Shown here piece by piece: positions 49,561 through 64,000 of a DNA stretch of 64,000 nucleotides (positions are counted from its first letter, which is position 1; each line of letters starts with the position of its first letter). Source of the DNA: Antedon mediterranea (taxonomy: Eukaryota; Animalia; Echinodermata); the NCBI RefSeq assembly GCF_964355755.1, contig NC_092672.1:20473237-20537236 (forward strand), given 5' to 3'. Both the position numbers and the translations under genes were made by a program. The notes beneath the pieces were generated by a model. It saw nothing but the letters and a program-made list of their open reading frames with translations. It made no database searches and was not told the origin of the DNA.

Positions 49561-51827
49561 AAAAAAACAATTTAAATATATTTTTTGTTTAACTAATTAT
49601 TTTGCCATAAAGCATTATTGTTTGGTTTAAAAAAATAAATGCTAAACCTTCACTCTTGGATTAAAGGGGACGTAATTACCAGCCCAAACAATGTTACAGT
49701 ACTGTATAATTAAAACATTTTATTTTAATTTCTTTAGAATACTAATATATTTAGATATTTTATTTGATAAAAATTGTTGGCAGCCAATAATCCAATTAAA
49801 AGACCAAGGAATGATACTTCACTTTATATTAATTTTCCATCAAAAAAAATATAACAATTGTTGTGTGTAAGTTTATATCTAATACAATTTGTTTTAGCCG
49901 TATTAATTAATAATTTGTTTGTAGTGAACCATTCACTAGCTTACTTAACTCTAAACTTTGTAAAAAGTTCAACAAGAAATCAATATTGTTATTAAAATAA
50001 AATGAAGTTGTACTGTATATTCTAGGTTATTTTTATTTTTTTAGTAATGTGTTTTGTTATGGGTCCCTACGAGACAAGTTTTTAACTTCTAGAAGGGATC
50101 CATGATAATAATGACTACCAATTACTGCTTTATCTATGTTCACTTTAATATCTTTTTTCTATTTTGTATATATTCATTCATTATTATCTAAATAAATATT
50201 ATCTGAATCTGAATCTGAATCTGAATCATCTGCATAAAAAGGTTGTCTGGAAGATTTACTAATTATTAATTTGAAATAATGATTTCGGTCTGTAAAATAG
50301 CTTTTAAACCAATCTAAGAAAAATACCACAGCGAAACAACTTGAAAATACCATGGTTAACAACATCAAAAGTTTTTGATAAATCTAGAAATGTACTTTCA
50401 AAAGCAGTATTAACAGAATTAGTGAGTTCAAGAAAAGCATGACAAGTGGTATTGTATGCATACATTTTTCATTATTTTTTTGAAAAAATGGGTAAAATTA
50501 AGATTGGTATAAAAGTAAAGTATCCGTTTTTAAATACAGGATTTACATTTAATATGATTAGGTACAGAACCCATCATGAATGATTAATTAATGGCGTATG
50601 TGAGATGGCTTATGGAGCAACCATTTTAAGAATCATGCTCTGAACCTTTACTAGAATTCAAATTATTAATTATATTAAGCACTTCTGTTTCAGATATAAA
50701 TGGGAGGTGGTAATTAAGAGATTAGGTCTTTGCCATTTTAGAATATATAGAATTACAGAGTTTTACAAATGTGGCTATACTTTTTATATCTTGAAATATT
50801 TGAACTTTTATGAATTTTTAAAAGTTTATGCTAATGTTTACTAAATTTATTTAGGTGGGGTGTGTAGAGGGTGTCATCAATAGTTGTTTTAGTGTTTTGT
50901 TTTTTTTTAACTTCAAAAAGTATTATAAAAAATGTATCCAACATTAGGATTAACTGTACAGTTTAGACGAATCAGTTGGAGAAAGATCAAAGCAAAATGC
51001 ACCTATATCTGTAATTCAGTATCAATGGTCAAGAACGTCAACCTTATTGAAAGTTAATCATAATCAATTATTTTTTAAATAGGTAAATGATCAGAGATGT
51101 TTAAATTGTAATACCTGATAAAATATCAAAATTTGTAGGCCTATAGAGTATCATGGTGTGACTTCACAATGATAGAGGGCGCTGCATGGTTGGTAGCTAA
51201 ACAAAAAATGCGTTCAACGCTACTATGTTGATAAACTGTAAAGATCTGTATTTTCTATTATTTTTGAAATAGGTAAATGATCAGAGATGTCTGAATTGTA
51301 ATACCCGATAAAATATCAAAATTGGTAGGCCTATGGTTTGTGTAAAAATAATAAATAAGTTCTGCATTTTTTTTTTGTAATTGTCATCAGTCGTAGGGAA
51401 AAACGTACAATAGTTGATAAGATGATATAAATAATTATTAATTAGATTATGCTTATTATTAATTTGATTAAAACAATGTTGAATTCTCCCACAATATTAC
51501 AAAATCTTCATGATTTAAATCTTGAAATCAATTAATTTATAATAACAGCAAAATGTTCTATGTTATTAGATTTCAGTTGACTTTAAATTAAAGCCAATTA
51601 TAGAATTCTTTTTTTGTTTTATTGATTTATAAAAAGCGAATCACATATAGCACTTCTGTCAATAATAACTATCACATTTTGTAAAAAAAAAACAAAACAA
51701 TAATTGTGTTCTAGAATGTTCATAACATTTTTATTTAAATACATTATGCGTATGACAAAGATGGTGATTTGTTTGTAAGGATTTCTGAATCAAATATATA
51801 TTATGCAGAGCTATTTAAGTATGTCTT

Positions 51828-52533
51828 CACTCGTAAAAAAAAAATAGTGATTTCACTTATAAAATGACAAATAAATGGTTAATTCAACCAAAAACCCATT
51901 GGCTGCATTGGCTGGCAGCCAATTTGAACATATTTTCATTAAAACATTTAATTTGAAATTTTTTTCAGGTACGGTAAATACATTTTTTAGATCAAATTTT
52001 TTGTCAAAATGGATAACTATTATGTTACATTAAAATGGCACATTCAACAAAATGTTGTTAAGAATAATTTTTTTTTTCAGAGAGACATCAAATTTCACAA
52101 ACCTTCAATTGTTCTTACATATGATTTTGTATTTTAAAAGTGCAATTTTCACAAATTGTTTTTCAGACAAGTCACTTAAATGCCCTATGATCCCTGTATT
52201 ATAATGATCAAAGATGCTAGTTGTACTGAATATTTTAGTATGATGTCTTATTCATCATTTTTAGTAATGCATTTGGCCATACTCTCTTTTATTGTCAACA
52301 CACTACCAACTCCGTCCACCACCACCTCCTCATTAAGCGAAGAGCAATGATATTAAAGGATGTAACATAGACCCATTAGACCCATTTTTAGTTTGTAATT
52401 ATTTTTTCTATAATACATTACAAGGGCCTATACATTTTATATTACACAGTGCCCTCACTCATTATTTATTTTACTTAAATTCTGTTTATATTGTTAGCAC
52501 TTTCAGTACCAGTGTACTGTTCAATAAAAACCA
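51828..52533 (+). repeat. Paralog of intronic block 26325-27043
   Basis: Colinear high similarity; homology resumes near 54624 (TTGACGGTGATTATTTTGCTTTT) after about 2 kb of extra sequence. Confidence 0.9.
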
Positions 52534-52796
52534 AAAAATCTGTAAAAAATTTAATTTAATTTAATTTTTTAGACCTTTTTTACGAAACACCTTTTAATTG
52601 AAATAGCATTTAAAATATAAGAAAAACAATTACCAGCATTAAACTACAGTAGATGATGATTTCATTTCATTATTCGGTCTATTTTAGTATATACATAAAA
52701 AAACCTGAAATTGGGAAGACCAGGGTCAACCTACAGTAAGTGAACTTAATCACTGAGCTATACGGTAGTATTTGTTTGTCTTAGTCTAATTTGGCA

Positions 52797-52915
52797 TTTT
52801 TGGTCGCGTGCAAATGAGACTCTATAGCTCACTATGTCGGTCGGTAGGTCGGTCGGTCGGTAAAACACTAACTAAAATTTGCGCATTTGACTGCAGCCAT
52901 GTATATGGCCTTGTT
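52797..52915 (+). mobile_element. Short Helentron-associated (HINE/DINE-like) element
   Basis: T-run start, (GTCG)n microsatellite, 3' hairpin GCCATGTATATGGC followed by CTTGTT. Confidence 0.5.
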
Positions 52916-54217
52916 AATCATCTATTTCAATAATAATAAATACAACATAGTATAAAACTGACTCCAAATAACAAGAGGCAAGCTATGATTCAACGTTTAA
53001 ATATAAATCTACCCACTGTAATGTTGGTGTTGCTACAGATTTTCATAATTTAGAACAATGATAGATTATCAATGCTTACTTTATAGCATTCATTCAAGTA
53101 TAAGTAATAATGTCAACAGTATACTATTTGAAAATCACAAGATAAAAAGATCAACTTTATTATTATGATTTTGTAAAGCTTAATATTTGTTAACAGACTG
53201 TTCATTCTTTTAAATTCAAACTTTATTTATCCACAAAATATCAAAGATTAAAAATAAACTTGTTTCAAAAATGAAAAAAATTTAAAACATTGATCGTTCC
53301 TTAAGTTGGTCATTGACACTATTTTAACTAAAATAACTAACTAAAATTTAAAGTTTAGTTAGCAAAGTTCAAAAGGATGAATTAAAACAACACACCTAAT
53401 AAAATCCTTAAAAAGAGGCTACGAGGATGCTTGTTTTAATTGTCTTACCAGTATTGAATAAATGTTATTGAATTGAAATTAAATTGAATTGAATTCACAG
53501 CCACCACATATTATAATATACATTAATGACAAAATATGATGTTTTAATTAAGTTTAACTAAAAATGAAAAACTACAATGTGTATTCCCTTTGCGTACTGA
53601 TCAGCCATTTTTTATTGTTGCAAGGTTTCAAAATGATGCAATGAACTTTACTCCGTCCATTGGATTGAATGTTAAATCGACCAAATATAAGTCCTGATAA
53701 TGAACAGAACAGAGTATGCTCAGTATACTGTGCATAAGCATGTGCAGATTAATATTTTTTATTCTGTGTAGATTACCGTATCCTTTCATCTACCATCCAC
53801 CTTTGTCTACCATACTGTCATAAAGTCACTAGTAGGTTTTATTGTAAATTAACAGCAACAGCTAATATTAAATAGTAGTACTAATCATTGTCAGTATTTT
53901 CATTTCTATTGTAAATTAATAGTCAACAGATACCTCTTAGAATCAGTCATTCATACATTCTACTCATCCACCCTTTAACAAAAATTTGGGATTTTTAAAA
54001 TGTTTTTCTTTCCATCATATATTCATTTATGACTGACAATTTTATACTTATAGTTTCATTCTACTGTAAAACAATAATACTCTCATTGTCATTACATTCA
54101 GCCTCTTACATTAACATTCAAATTAATTCAGAATAAATACATTTGAATGATGAAGCCTAAAAAAAAACCAGAATAACTAAAATACAAATAAATTGGTATA
54201 TTTCTATACTATTGTAC

Positions 54218-54557
54218 CTTATAACACAAGAATCTCCTGTTCGTCCGAAGCGCGTAACAATTTCGAAAGGCATTGTGAGATAGAATAGAGCTAATGGGTG
54301 GCGCCATTGTGAGCCATGGAGTAGCGCGCCCTCATCTAATTAGAAAGTCAAAATCATAGAGGGGATCTGCTAATGCTATAGGGGGATAGAGTAATTGACT
54401 GAGCCCTCTATAGGAATTAATAGTTTTGACTTCCTAGTTTGGAGGGGCGCTGCTCCATGCTATGAAATGGCGTCGCCCAGTTTGACCTTTTAACCCTGTA
54501 CTTCCGATACTGTGTTTTGAATGCAAATTGAAGAACAGGAGATTCTTGTGTTATAAG
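54218..54557. mobile_element. Fold-back MITE
   Basis: 25-bp perfect inverted ends CTTATAACACAAGAATCTCCTGTTC, plus internal imperfect inverted arms. Confidence 0.75.
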
Positions 54558-57500
54558 TTCTTTGCTTTGATGGAGATGATGATACATAAAACTGTTATAA
54601 AGCCTATCAAACATACAGTGCTAGTTGACGGTGATTATTTGCTTTTTGTCAAAAGTAAATAATAGTCAACCAGAAATAAAACTTGGTTTACTAAAGCTTT
54701 GGTTGCCAACGCAATGTAGGCGCTACGCAAGTGCGTTGACCAATAACAAGCAACAGTTCGGATAATCCATCACATTCTGATTGGTAAATTTGCTTGATTT
54801 AATTTACAAAAAAATTGCATAGACTACAGACAAATGGACAGACTAAATGTTGGGACAAACAAACTTATTACATGCAATTATTACTTACAAAATAATTTGG
54901 GATTTACACTACCCATCTGAATATACATACACCTTAATCTGAATACCTTATCCAACATGATTACAGTGTTTAAACAGCGAATAATACTATGCCTTTGTAG
55001 ATTCATTCCATAACATAGTTTCATTCCATTAAAACTACAATAGTAACATTATCATATAACCTATATAACCTACCACTTTTTTTAATAGATCAGATTGTTT
55101 TTATATAATTGTAGTTTATTAATAATTATAATATTGACAACCATTCTGATGTTTGTTAATGGTTGTGCAGAGCCATGATAAATACAATTGTCACAGCTTG
55201 AATAAGGTAACAGGGAGAAAATTAAATGAAAACCTTCCTCAATAATATTTCTCTGCTCAAATGCTGGATTGTAATGAGTTTTTAATATTAAATGTGTCTA
55301 TATAATTTATTGTTTGTTAAGTAGGTCTTTTAACATAGTGATGTTTAATTTGAAATGGTTAAATGTATTCAGAGTGAGATCTGCCAATGTAAATTATCTT
55401 AATTAAAATCATTTACATTAGAAACTTTCAATTGTATTTCTATTATATTTTATCAATTTTAAGTGCTGTTCTTAAAATACAATTGCAGTCTACCAAATCA
55501 TGGAGCTATAAAGCTCAATGAGACTAAAAACTGTTAACTTATGATGTACACAGCCTATTTAATACTTAGTTGAAATGCCATTATTATACATTTTTAATCA
55601 TTGATTTATTTAGAGAAATTAATAAAACTTCACCAGAAGTTTTAGAATGGTCATATCAGTTGTATTTTGATTATTTATACTACTATAACAATATATGTTC
55701 ACATTTTGTAGTAATACACTACCAACATGTATAGATAGTATTTACAATACCCATCTGAATAATTATACTACACCTTAATCTGAATACCTTATCCAACCTG
55801 AATACAGCATTCATACAGCGAATACTGTTTTGTAGTTTCATTCCATAAAGCCATAATTTAACATCAAATAAATAGTCATAAAATTAAAATTAAATCTTCT
55901 TTATTTTAATAGATTCATGTCTTTGTTTTCTTTTGAAAAAGATTTTAATACACCAAAATAAAAACATCGACCCTGTATGTGATGATACACATGGGGTCAA
56001 ATCATTTTTCTATTCGACCTATTCGCTATCCTTCGCTAGGACAGAATAATCTGGATTTTTTTTTTTTACATTAATCCAAGTTAATCAACTACCACACTTT
56101 ATTTCAAAAGATATTAAACATTTTTTAGCATAATTATTTTTTTTGTAAAATGGCTGCATAATTAGTTATCCACACCTTGGCGGATAACTCCTTGTGATTG
56201 TATAAAATGATCATCAACTTTTTTTATCTGTATTATTCTTCTTTCATTCCACATTTCATAACTTCGTAAAGTTGTGCACCTACTATTTTTTTTAAACGTC
56301 AGAGTTGCGCAACATGACTTTCGCCCGATTTTATGAATTTAAATGATTGATCATAGATCAAAAAACCAAACGTCATTTTGTATTGACACTTTTTTAATTT
56401 AAGTCATATCAAGAGTCAACTTTCTATGGATTAAAAATGGCATGTTTCACAAAGTTACGCGCACAAGATTTCTTACAACCAACACCTGCACTTGCTTTAA
56501 CTTAATGCGCATTCTCAGTTTGTGAACTTAATTCTCTTAAATTTTTCATTATTTAAGCCTTAAAAGAATTGAAAAGTCAATTAAACCATATCAACTTTTA
56601 TTTTAATGACTTACTGATTTTGATTTTAAATGCATTATGGCTACTCATACATGCTGATTGCATTGTTAACCCTATTTCACATTGACTATTCTTTTTATTG
56701 TACAAGTTACTAAATGTTTTAGTTTACTTAATTCACTTCCCACAACCTTAATCAATAATCACCTTGACAAATTTCAATATAAATTTACCTCCTGGTTCAT
56801 CCTGTTTTTCATCACTGTTTTCCTCCTTGTACTCTATTTGCACAAACATACTTTGCCTATTATATTATTCTTAATAGTTGTTGTTTACAATAGTGATGAA
56901 AGCATTAATTTTGAAAATTTCTGTAATTTCGCGTGGAAGTAATCATATTTATCTTAATTTATGTCATGTTCATCCCACCAAAATCTGATGATGAAAACAG
57001 TTACCATGAAATTAGTACTTATGTAGAAACAAGGCTATAAAAAAAAAGGATAGATTCAGGGTTTAACAAAATATATGACATAATCAATTTTAACCGGCTG
57101 AAAACATCTATTGAAATCCTCCATACATTATGTAGAAGAGCTGACTATTGCAATATGCTTTATTAGTTGATGCCATTCCAAAAGATTGTAAGTATAATTA
57201 AGAATCATAACAACAATATGTCAAATTCAAATTCAAATATTCTTTATTCATCCTCAATCATGAAAATATACAACAATATATGAGAACATAAAAAAGATGA
57301 AAAGGAAACACATAAAAACTCAAAAGAGCTTGATTAGTTGTGTCCCCCTACGTCCCTAACTAGCCTAAAAAAACTAAAACATAAAAAATAAAAAAGCTGT
57401 ACATACATACTGTCTGTACATATTAAGGATGAATGTATTATAACAATTAAATAACACATAACACATAACAGCAAAATGTATACTCATGCTTTAAATCAAA

Positions 57501-57857
57501 AGCTATTACTTCTCGTGTTTTAAACAAATGGAATGTTGCTCTCAACGCCCAAAACATAAATCCGATAAAGAAGGTGAAAAATGAAAAAAATATACCATTA
57601 TAAACCATTACATAAAATTGTTCCAACTAACTTACAGCTGTATCTGGAAATTTAAAAAAATGAATGTTATATATGTGTTATTGAAAATGAAAAGCATATG
57701 TTCTTTTATATTGTATACATAACAAATTATGGAAAAATGTTGATAACATTTTTATAGGAATAGACAATAGCAGAAGTTCATTTAAAGTAGGGCCTACCTC
57801 TTTAATGCAGGCTCAGATTGTCTACAGTATATACATATATACAGTGCAATGCTTTAA

Positions 57858-58483
57858 AGCCCCATTCCCTATGTTTTTTAGATCTAATTTAAGATCACAA
57901 ACTATATTTAATGTAAAAATAATACTATATGGTCCTATTGCGATAACTTTTTTCGTCTTTAAATGGTTAAAAATGTGAAAAATAAGTCGATTCTAATAAT
58001 TATAGCGGTCCGCTATAAATCCCAAAATGCATTGCGCGCAGATTGATATTTTTGTTTTTCACCTGTAATTCGCCCACTTTTCGATCGATCGTGAGGCCAA
58101 AACAAATGAAAGACTCTTAACTTTTCAGCGAAAATACCGGGTTTTCCCCAATTTGTATCAACGGAGTCTGGCAAAAATAGAAAGACAATTAATGCAGCAA
58201 CTATACAACGTCAGGCTAGGTATATAGCTCGCGTACGATGTTCGTACGTTACCGATGTTTACCAGCTAGGCCTACAAAACTAAGCCTAGCTAGGCTAGGC
58301 CTAAGACCGTCCACGAGAGGTCGATCGCCGCGAGCTACTTAGGTAGTGCATTGTTTCTCACTTTTTATCATAATTTACCATAAAACGTACATTTAAGACA
58401 AGGAATGACATGGTTTAATGTTTTTAAAGTGATATATATGTATTATTTTCCAAAAAACGTCCAAAATTGCAGGGAAGGGGTCT
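57858..58483 (-). mobile_element. Inverted copy of Kolobok-type element 9736-10362
   Basis: Near-identical reverse complement; TTAA at 57854-57857 and 58484-58487. Confidence 0.88.
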
Positions 58484-59118
58484 TTAAGTATCTAATACCT
58501 TGCAATTTTATATTCTTTTAACAATCATAAATCATACAGGTTTGATAATGCATTTTTTTTCACATTTTAATAAAATAGGTGTTTATCAAGTCAATACTGT
58601 ATTCAAATTTAGGAACAGCTTAATCACAAAATAATGGGATCATTGTGCACTTTGTAATATTAATAATTCATTATAATGATGTATTTATACTTTAACACTT
58701 CTTTATTGTATCTTGAACTTTGTTGTTATCATTGATACAATAATGCATGAATCAAGTGTCAACAATTATAGAGCATTCATATTAACAGTTAATGTTGACT
58801 GATATGATTTTACTGTACCTTTCATCTCATCTTGAAAATTAAAAAAGTTAATAAAAATTAATCAAATATTAAAAATAATACAAATATAAATAAGGCTGAT
58901 ATTTATGATATTGATTGCAATTTGCTAGTTTGATGATTAAAATGAGAACTCAGCAGGGGGATTTTTCAATACAAGATGTAGGCCTACTGTAAGTAATAAT
59001 AACCTGTCATTCTTTTAAAATACAAAATAAATTGGCAAATTGATGGTAAATGCCACTTAGAAGAGTGAAAGTATTTGTATGATAAAATTGAATTATCATA
59101 TGCATTTATTATTTTTAG

Positions 59119-59217
59119 AATGGAAACACACCTCTGATTGAAGCTGCATATAAAGGTTTTCATGAAGTCTGCTTGGTCCTTCTCAATAAGGGAGCTGATG
59201 TAAATCACCAAAACGAG
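59119..59217 (+). CDS. Ankyrin-repeat exon (NGNTPLIEAAYKGFHEVCLVLLNKGADVNHQNE)
   Basis: TTTTTAG acceptor, GAG|GTAC donor, 99 nt, phase 0, canonical ankyrin consensus. Confidence 0.93.
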
Positions 59218-60573
59218 GTACTTTCACACATTGTATTTCAAACATTTTTAAATATAGGTGGCCAGTACAATTAAATTAATAATTTATGTTTAGTGTCATT
59301 GATACTGGGATTGTAGGATAATTCAAAGTTAGTACTAGTTCAAAATCTAGACTATTAGTATATTTAAATTTGTTTGAAAATGTATACCACAAATATTTGT
59401 TGACATGTGCACAACAAATAGTTTGTTTATTTTGCTTTGTTATCCTATTTTGTAAAGAAATTAATCAGAGCCTTATCATTACAAGTTTACATTATTTATA
59501 TATGCAGTATGTTTATTATTTACATATTTCTTGGTAGAAATGAAGCTCACCTTATTCTGTCATGTATTTCCTCACAGGGGTTTGAATTCAGTACAGTACA
59601 TTGCATTTCATATGCCATTTCTTATACCTTACTGTACTGTATATTTTTCCCCCTTGACCATAACACATCTTTAAAACTCAATTTAAGAAAAAAAATTGTT
59701 CTTTTCTATTGTTTGTGACAGATTCTACTATGTCTTGTCACTCAATACATTTTATTTAACACCAAAAACGTACATTGTCTCTATACTTACCTATATTTCC
59801 CGATGACTTTACTTTTACCTGGAAAGACTAATTACCAAAAAAAAGGTGAAAATCATTGTGTAGTTAAATGTGAATAAATGAGGGCACAATTATTGTTATT
59901 ATTTTGGAGGCATTTCATGCATGCATTACCACAATACTGTAATTTGCGCCCGGTTTTTTTGGGTTTGTGCAGTTTAGCAATACCGCTGTGTTGTTGGATT
60001 ACCACAATCAGTTTTTAAAAATGATTTGATAATAAATATCTGCTATTTAATTAATTAATGTATGTTTAAAATCCAAAACAAAATGAAATTAGACCTTATC
60101 TTTATTCATTATACTTATATTTTAACAATTTACATTACTGTATATGTCTCTATTTTTTATTCCTAGACATTTTTTTGGCGCATGATCATAATTGTGGCAC
60201 TTTTTCTATAAACAATTTCATAGAATTACAATAAATAATATTAGTAAGTTAAGGCATGTATGCAACAATAATGCAACTATGTTACAAGTGGTTGGTTGCA
60301 AATAAGTTGTCCATACGCCCACAAAAACGGAGTGGGAATCTAAAAGAAAAGTTTAAAATATTTAGAATTTCAAAGTAATTTTTACGAATGAGAGTACGTT
60401 TATTGTTAATACATAATATAAAAATAACGCTTAAAAGAGAACGACGTTTCGACTCCATCATGGGGTCATTATCAAGTCCAATGGATAAAATATAAAACAA
60501 ACTAATTAAGTACAGTAGCACAAGCTAAAAAGTAATTTTTATTGATTATACTATCCTTAGTCATGATTTCATT

Positions 60574-60830
60574 GAGTACCTTGGTTTACAAATTGATAAC
60601 TATATTTCAAATGAAGACTATGTTATTGTTACATGCAAAAAAGCACTGAATTCAAGACTGACATTTTTGTACAGGCAGACTAACTTCTTAGACATGCAAA
60701 GTAGACACTTTTATGCTCTGCAATAATTCAATGTGTTTTCGACTACTGTATGCTACATCAGTCTGGTATTCTGGTATAACTTCACTCCTCAAAATAAACT
60801 GTAACCCTAAATAAAATTGTACAGTTTTTT
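60574..60830 (+). mobile_element. CR1/L2-like LINE reverse transcriptase fragment
   Basis: EYLGLQIDNYIS...KKALNSRLTFLYRQTNFLD, then frameshifted LCSAIIQCVFDY...VWYSGI. Confidence 0.7.
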
Positions 60831-63370
60831 CTTATCACCCACTAACAATCAACCACTAATGAAACAATTTCATTAACCACTAATGTACAAAACTTCATTA
60901 AAGTAGAAAATTAGTTTAGAGTTATTTTGGAAATATTCTATATTTTTTTGTGGAGAAAACATTTTTTAATTTGTTGAACTTCAGTTTTAATCCTATGTGT
61001 CTTTGTCAATTCTCTATGTTTTTCTTCTCTGAGACAAATATGGTACTACATTTTTCACATGTACGCTGAACTTTTGTCTGTCCCACTTATTAAAGTTGAA
61101 TTGTCGAGTTTGTTGAATTTAGCCTGGTTTAGTGTCTGTCCGTTCATTCGTTAATTTAATATTTTTACAACTGTAGGACATACAGTATAGGGTCTTTACT
61201 TTTTATAGGGTCTATTGAACCTAGTTTGACTGTCTGTCCATCCTTCAGTTCTCTTTTTAACCTTTGGACTAAGTGTATTTAATAAAAAATGCCGCCTTCG
61301 GTTTTTTGCGAGTGGGAGACGTGGAAATGACAATTCACAACGAGAGTATCTCCCCAATCCCCTATTAGAACAAAGTAAATTCTCTTATCTAATTATAATT
61401 TGAGTAGAATATAAAAAATGATGAAATATAATGAAACACCTAACTTTTTCTTCAAATATGTTTGATACAGAGATGCTGTACTGTAAGTTGCTAACTTTTT
61501 TTATGCAATTGTTGTGTATTAAAATTGATTAGGGAAAAATGAAATCACAAAACATTTTAATCTTTTGTAGTTTATTGTAAAGAACATATTGTTTTTATTT
61601 CATTTTCATAAATTGTAGTATACACTTACATATAAATAGAATTCAGTACTTAAAAACATAGGCCTACAATGTTTCAAGCAGTTAAGGGGAATCATTGGAC
61701 AGTATTAAACAGTTAAAAAATGTTTTAAAAATTTAATTTATTGTATTTCGGATCTCAAACAACAAGTGTTGTTCAGTGACTACTTTATAGAGATCATTAC
61801 TGCTATCTGCCAAGATATGTTTTTCTTGGTTCTGTGAGATTTTGTTTAGTACATGTTGTTGTATCTCTACACATTTCCGAAATCCTTTATTGCTTTATTA
61901 ATCCTTCTTTGCTTTATTAATCCTTCTAGCTTCATTTTCATTTTGTTTGTCATTTCTGTCATGGTCTGTTTAATGAATAGGAAAAAATATACCATTTAGT
62001 CACATGATTTATATATTTATACTTTTATTGTACATGAATGTTATTAAAGTGAAATGAGGTTGGTTATATTTTTTTAACATATGTACAAAATTGAACTATG
62101 GTGAAATACATGCAGTACATGAATGTTATTATAAAAAATGTTACACCGTACCAGTAACTTCCATAATGAATGAAGGAATGTTGAATACTTTGATTTGGGT
62201 GAGGGTGGGGCTACTGATATTTTTTACCTACCGGTAATAGTTTACTTAATATTATTTTATTTTTATTTTTTAATTTTAATTTATATATCAACTGACAGAT
62301 ATGAAAACCTCCACTAAAAGGTTGATAAACATGAAACAGTAACATCTTTATCTCATTGTAACATTAAACAACGGAAGCAGGTTAATAATACTGCAGTGTA
62401 ATTCTTTAATATAATAAACAGTATGAATATTATTATTATAAAGTGTTGTACATTAAACAAGCATTGCGGATTGTTTGTATATTAGAAATATGCACAAAAT
62501 TAAATTATGACAAAGTGCCGGTGTAACTTGGTAACAACAGTTTCTACTAGGCCGACATTACAATTCCTTAATCTAATAAAACAGTGCATGAATCTTATAA
62601 TGAATTGATGCACATTGCACAGGAGGTGGAGGATGGGTAGGGTTAAATGAAATAAGCACAATGGTGGTAATTACCTGACTGAATGTTGAATACTGATTGT
62701 TGAATGTGTCTCTCCTGGCGGAGGGAAACAACAATTTACAAAAGAATGCCATAACATGTGGAGTAGCGTGATTGTTGTTCACCTAGTTGTGTGTGTATGT
62801 TATTATAAAATTTATTTTATCAAAATATTAAAACCACTTTAAAAATGAAATAAAAAATGTTTACATGGAACTACATGTAATACACAAAACAGTGATATTT
62901 ATAGGGCGTCATCCTTTCACCCACTAACAAGTTTTACAATAACAAACCTTTTTTCTCATACTCTCTCTCTCTCTCTCTCTGGAAATGTGACTTATCTCCA
63001 ACTTCCATACGGAAAGTCTTACGATTACAAAATTTGATGACCGGATGGGCACGGACTGATAATTTTAAAAATGAAAATTTGTTTTAAGATTAAAATTTAC
63101 ATTTCCATCTGATAATTAAGATACTGTCAGGTTAAAACATTGAAGTATAGATAAGTAAACAAAGATTTTGGTTAAGTTTAATTTAGTAGTCAAACCATTA
63201 TTTATCCAACAAGAGTTGGCGGACAAACAAACGTAACTCGAATCCTAGATTTCCAACTTTCAAAACATAACAAATATTCTAGTGGTTAAACTGTTGTTAT
63301 GTTTGGTAATGTATTACATTATTGAATGCTATATTAGTGGTTAATTGTTGTTATAAATGTGTCATTTTAA

Positions 63371-63940
63371 CAGAACAAATACTAAGAGATACATTATAGC
63401 ATTTATGTTATAAGACTTCAGTTAATAGTCCTATTTTGATATTTATGTCTTTTTTGCTTTCATTAATTCTAAAAGCAAGTAATATAATTTAAAATACAAA
63501 TTGCAGAGTTGTAAAATAAATGTTTCAAACATGCAGTTGCGAATAAAAAAAAAGGCAAATTACTAAAAATAATGACAATGCTGTGGGTGGCTGGATCTCA
63601 ATGGAAATAAAGTAAGCAAAAAGCTAAATCAAAACGATAAAGTAAAAGTTAAAACAGCCAGACATTTTAATATAGATATCTTCTCTATTGTTTGTGTGTA
63701 AATGGACATTTATTTATGTTTTGTTAATATTTTTTAATTATATGTCAGTCACATATTTTCCATCCTCGTTTTTGGTGTAGGACATTAAAACTGCATTCAT
63801 TGTCATGTTTTCTGAGCTTTCAAAGCCTGTTCTTTAATATCAGTTCAAACTGGAGAACAACAACCTGGTTGAATATTCTAGCACTCTAATATTGTTCAAT
63901 GTTTTTAATGTCTTGATTTGTGGTGAAAGGAATGTTTGAT
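63371..63940 (+). repeat. Paralog of 24437-24928, including one partial unit of the 98-bp minisatellite
   Basis: CAGAACAAATACT...GTTAATAG, then shared flank (TTCTAAAAGCAAGTAATATAATTTAAAATACAAATTGC; GTAGGACATTAAAACTGCATT; CAGTTCAAACTGGAGAACAACAACCTGG). Confidence 0.9.
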
Positions 63941-64000
63941 AATTGGTCTTAACAGTGGCAGATCCAGAGGGAGAAAGTAAAGTACTTTCAATTCATTAAT

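Noticed and set aside
54901-55850. Short local direct duplications (54901/55741; also 51071/51261)
   Set aside because: Real but ordinary diverged duplications with no termini or coding signal.
57100-57190. Another decayed ankyrin exon ending at GTAAGT
   Set aside because: Only a faint DYCNML resemblance; no acceptor and no TALH motif.
62674-62782. Minus-strand exon bounded by AG and GTAATT
   Set aside because: No recognisable peptide and no partner exons found.
882-62782. Remaining 60-120 aa ORFs in the track
   Set aside because: Composition typical of random AT-rich or TE-derived sequence, no domains recognised; the exceptions are those assigned to DIRS, Zator-like or Polinton-like remnants.

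Overview
AT-rich, intron- and repeat-rich animal genomic DNA; an invertebrate is an inference. The host gene is a + strand ankyrin-repeat gene. I found a start exon (14697), a capping exon (15387), three intact 99-nt phase-0 one-repeat exons (17885, 41225, 59119) and at least one dead exon (21195). Paralogous intron blocks indicate growth by exon-cassette duplication, and the gene continues past the window. The main object is an intact, young Ty3/Gypsy LTR retrotransposon (29933-37701, - strand) with 298-bp LTRs, an ATTC TSD, a tRNA-Ser PBS, a PPT and a -1 frameshift signal. Its Gag begins with a ComEA-like helix-hairpin-helix domain, and its integrase ends in a PHF8/KDM7-like PHD finger, a candidate H3K4me3-guided integration system. 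It is nested in a deleted Zator-like DNA transposon. Also present: a DIRS relic split by a Harbinger-type element, tandem Kolobok-type TTAA elements, a hAT element with a tRNA-like core, several MITEs and hairpins, LINE/SINE fragments and three minisatellites (83, 99 and 98 bp). All calls are by eye from motifs; no database search was run.
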